Shown here one piece after another: positions 61,407-64,000 of a stretch of DNA of 64,000 nt (position 1 is the first letter of the stretch; each line of letters starts with the position of its first letter). Origin of the DNA: Protoeuglena noctilucae (lineage: Eukaryota). The stretch covers positions 682,001 through 746,000 of the forward strand of contig OY253679.1 in assembly GCA_958009085.1 (NCBI GenBank), given 5' to 3'. The notes below the pieces were generated by a model. That model was not told where the DNA came from and did not search any database. It worked only from the letters and a program-made list of their open reading frames with translations. The translations under genes and the position numbers were made by a program.

Positions 61407-63406
61407 TCACTTGACCCCGTAGCACACCATGTCCAGCAGCCTCTCAATCGCGGCGTCGTTCCTCAGTATCTGGCTCTTCACCGCCACCAGCTCCTCCCTC
61501 CGCGTGGCGATGTCGTCCTCCAGCCTCGCCAGCTCCGCCTGGGCCGCGCGGTCCTCAGTATCATGGGACTGCAGGGCCTGCAGCTTGGAACGGTACTTGC
61601 GCGCCTCCTCGGACCTGGGGGGGGTGGTGGTGAAGGGGGAGTGGTGAGGGGAGGGTTGTGGTTGGACACAGTGAGTCGTGGTTGTGATTGGACACAACGA
61701 GTTACACGTGAAGTGGCGAAGGGCGAGACCACCCTCTCACCCTCACCCGTACCACCCCCACCCCAACCACCCCACCCCCCTCACCAGAACGACGCCTCCT
61801 TGACCATTCCGTCAATGTCCTCCTGAAGGAAGTCCATCGCGCGCCCCAGAGGCTGCGCGGCCTTGTTCAAGCGCTGTACCCCCTCCTGCATGGCCGTCAA
61901 GTCCCCCGCGCCCACCCCGCCCGGCCGACGACTCCCCAGACGCACCCCGCCGCCGTCCCCGTCCTCATCCTCCTCCCCGCGATCCACGTCCGCCTCCCCC
62001 GCACCCGCCAGGTCCCGCGCCAGCTTCCCGCCCGCCCCGCTCCCCGTGCGGCTCACCCCGGGGGCCAGAAACGCCCCGGGCCCCGCCAGAAACCCTCCCG
62101 CGGGGCTCGAGGCCTCCTCCACGTCGATGTCGTCATCGTCGGCTGCCGGGGTCTCGGCGAAGATGGTCGGCTTCTGGGGGAGGGGTGGGGGGTGGGTGGG
62201 TGCGGTGGTGCGTAGGTGGGGTGGTGAGCGCGTGGGGTGCAACCGTAGCCTTGCGGGCAGCAGTCGCCATGTCGGCTGCAACTAGTAGACAGCCCATGTC
62301 ACTCTCATTGTTCGCTAGTCACCTTGGGTGCCTCGGCGGCCATGGGCGGGGCCAGCTTGGGTGGAGCGGCCTTGGCCGCTCGGGGCGGCGCCTTGCGGGC
62401 GCTCTGGGGGCGCTGCGTCGGAGCCGGGAGCGACGGCTCGGCCGGCTCGGGGCTCGCAGCGGCGGGGCCGGCGGGCATGGCCTGCCGCGATGGGCCTCGG
62501 CTGGGAGGTGGGGGCGCGTCGGTCGACGGAGAGGGTGACGGTCCCCGTGGCTGCGGCTCGCGCTCGGGCTCCTTCCGCTGCGGCGCGGCGGGGGCCGGGG
62601 CCGGCGCAGGGGCCGGCGCGGGCGCGGGCGCGGGTGCGGGTGCAGGTGCGGGGGCTGGAGGGTCGGAATCGTCCTCAGCAGCGGCGGGGGGCGGTGTCAG
62701 GCCGCGGTCGGACTTCGCCGCTTGCGGCTGCGCGGCGGGCGCGGCGGGCGCGGCGGACCCGCCCAGGACCTGCTGCACGGCCTCCGCGGCGTCGCCCTGC
62801 AGGGCGCAGCGGCCGAGCATTTGCAGGAAGACGTTGGTCTTTTCGGGCTCCAGGCCGGCCACGATTTTCAGCGGATCGGCGGGCACGGGCTCCTTGGCCG
62901 CGACGGACACGACCTGCGATGGAGCATACCGGTCGTGTGTTGGATCGGAACGGCCGGAGGCGCGCGCGGGGCGCGGTTGAAAGGCGCATGTCCGCGACTC
63001 ACCTGTATGATCTTGCGGAGGAAGGAGACCTTCCCGTCCTTGTCCTGGATGCTGTCGCGGTCCAACTCGGCGTCCGTGTAAAGGCCGGGAGCAAAGCCTG
63101 TCTTGCGTTGCACCTCCGTGACGACATCGTGCAGGAACTTGAACGGGGGCTTCTGCGCGTCACAGCCAGGGGCGCTCGCGGTCCCGAAACGCACGCGAAC
63201 AGCGACCGTTACATAATGAAAACGACACACCCACACGCAGGGCGGGCCTCTCCGCGAGAGGGCTGCGGGAGGGACTCTCGTGCCCACACTGACCAACCGG
63301 CCCCCCGGCTCCGCACCTGCAGCAGCTTCTCCTTCAGCTGTGGCTTCTTGATGATGGGATTGTCACCCTGCAGGATCTGCTGCGTCGGGACCCAGAAATC
63401 CGCCAT
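61407..63406 (-). CDS. IFT54: Intraflagellar transport protein 54 (TRAF3IP1/MIP-T3)
   Basis: [83 protein letters not shown]. Confidence 0.96.
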
Positions 63407-64000
63407 CTCGCTGCCCGCGAACTCGGCAGGGCCGTGCCCAAATGAATCTGGTCCCGCGCCAAGGAGGGTCGGCGAACTCTGTGGACCTTGACCGCCGAGT
63501 TAGTTGCTAGGTGACACAGAGGCGAGAGGCGGGGCTAGATGCAGCACCTCTTGTGCATGCAAGCAAGGACTCTTCCCTCTCTCGGCTTCAGGCAGGTATA
63601 TGGAGGCCGGCACCATGCAGACGAATGCCAGGTAGCAGATTGGGCAGGGAGATGGCAGAAGCCGACGACGACTGGAGCTTCTGCACGCGATCTGACATTT
63701 TGGCACCCGACATATCGCGCAGCCAGCACTTTAACGCGGATCCCTGGCGCTGGCCAACTCAGCAATAGTCGCACCGCGCCCGTGGGGATCCCCGCGGTGG
63801 CATTAGCTTCAAACCAGCCGAGATCAGGGTATGGCTCCTGCAGATACCGCAAGGCACGTGTCCCTCGTTCTGCTCGCGCATGTAGCATTGGATGTTCCGC
63901 GGAACACTGTGGGGCGGGCTTCTGGGCGTGATCACATCGGCTATCCAGGGAGTCGTGAAGGACGCGGCGGAGCGCGCAGGCGAGATGCGCGAGAGATGGG

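Noticed and set aside
1..64000. Most long ORFs in the six-frame track
   Set aside because: They are shadow frames of high-GC exons or read-through of introns, low-complexity (P/R/G-rich) and without domain motifs.
1..64000. Alternative genetic code (TAA/TAG = Gln) or selenocysteine
   Set aside because: ISY1, GLDH and both phosphatases end in TAG at plausible C-termini, and no in-frame stops were seen in conserved exons.
63652..64000. Possible + strand gene start divergent from IFT54
   Set aside because: The short ORF and splice-like signals are not enough to support a model within the window.

Overview
High-GC, intron-rich, gene-dense eukaryotic nuclear DNA. It is most consistent with a flagellated green alga (inference from CFAP161, IFT54, plastid CPP1 and MATE, and GLDH). 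About 20 spliced host genes can be modelled by hand, mostly in head-to-head or tail-to-tail pairs: CFAP161, p47/UBX, P3A H+-ATPase, MATE, TPR/beta-helix, a coiled-coil protein, two phosphatases, an ADNT1-like carrier, F-box/ankyrin, PPTase, CPP1, ISY1, DPH6-like, GLDH and IFT54. Most notable: (1) a ~5.6 kb DNA transposon with TIRs and an apparently intact, spliced C2H2-Plavaka-like transposase; (2) a GluR0/AvGluR1-like ligand-gated channel with a TVGYGD K+ filter plus an extra C-terminal TM helix; (3) three long fold-back hairpins built from head-to-head coding fragments, each near a member of one ankyrin family; (4) introns carrying tandem 'echo' copies of their own splice junctions; (5) at least 14 frame-supported GC-AG introns; (6) introns with a G-rich 5' half and a C-rich 3' half. 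All exon models and family assignments are by eye, without database searches.
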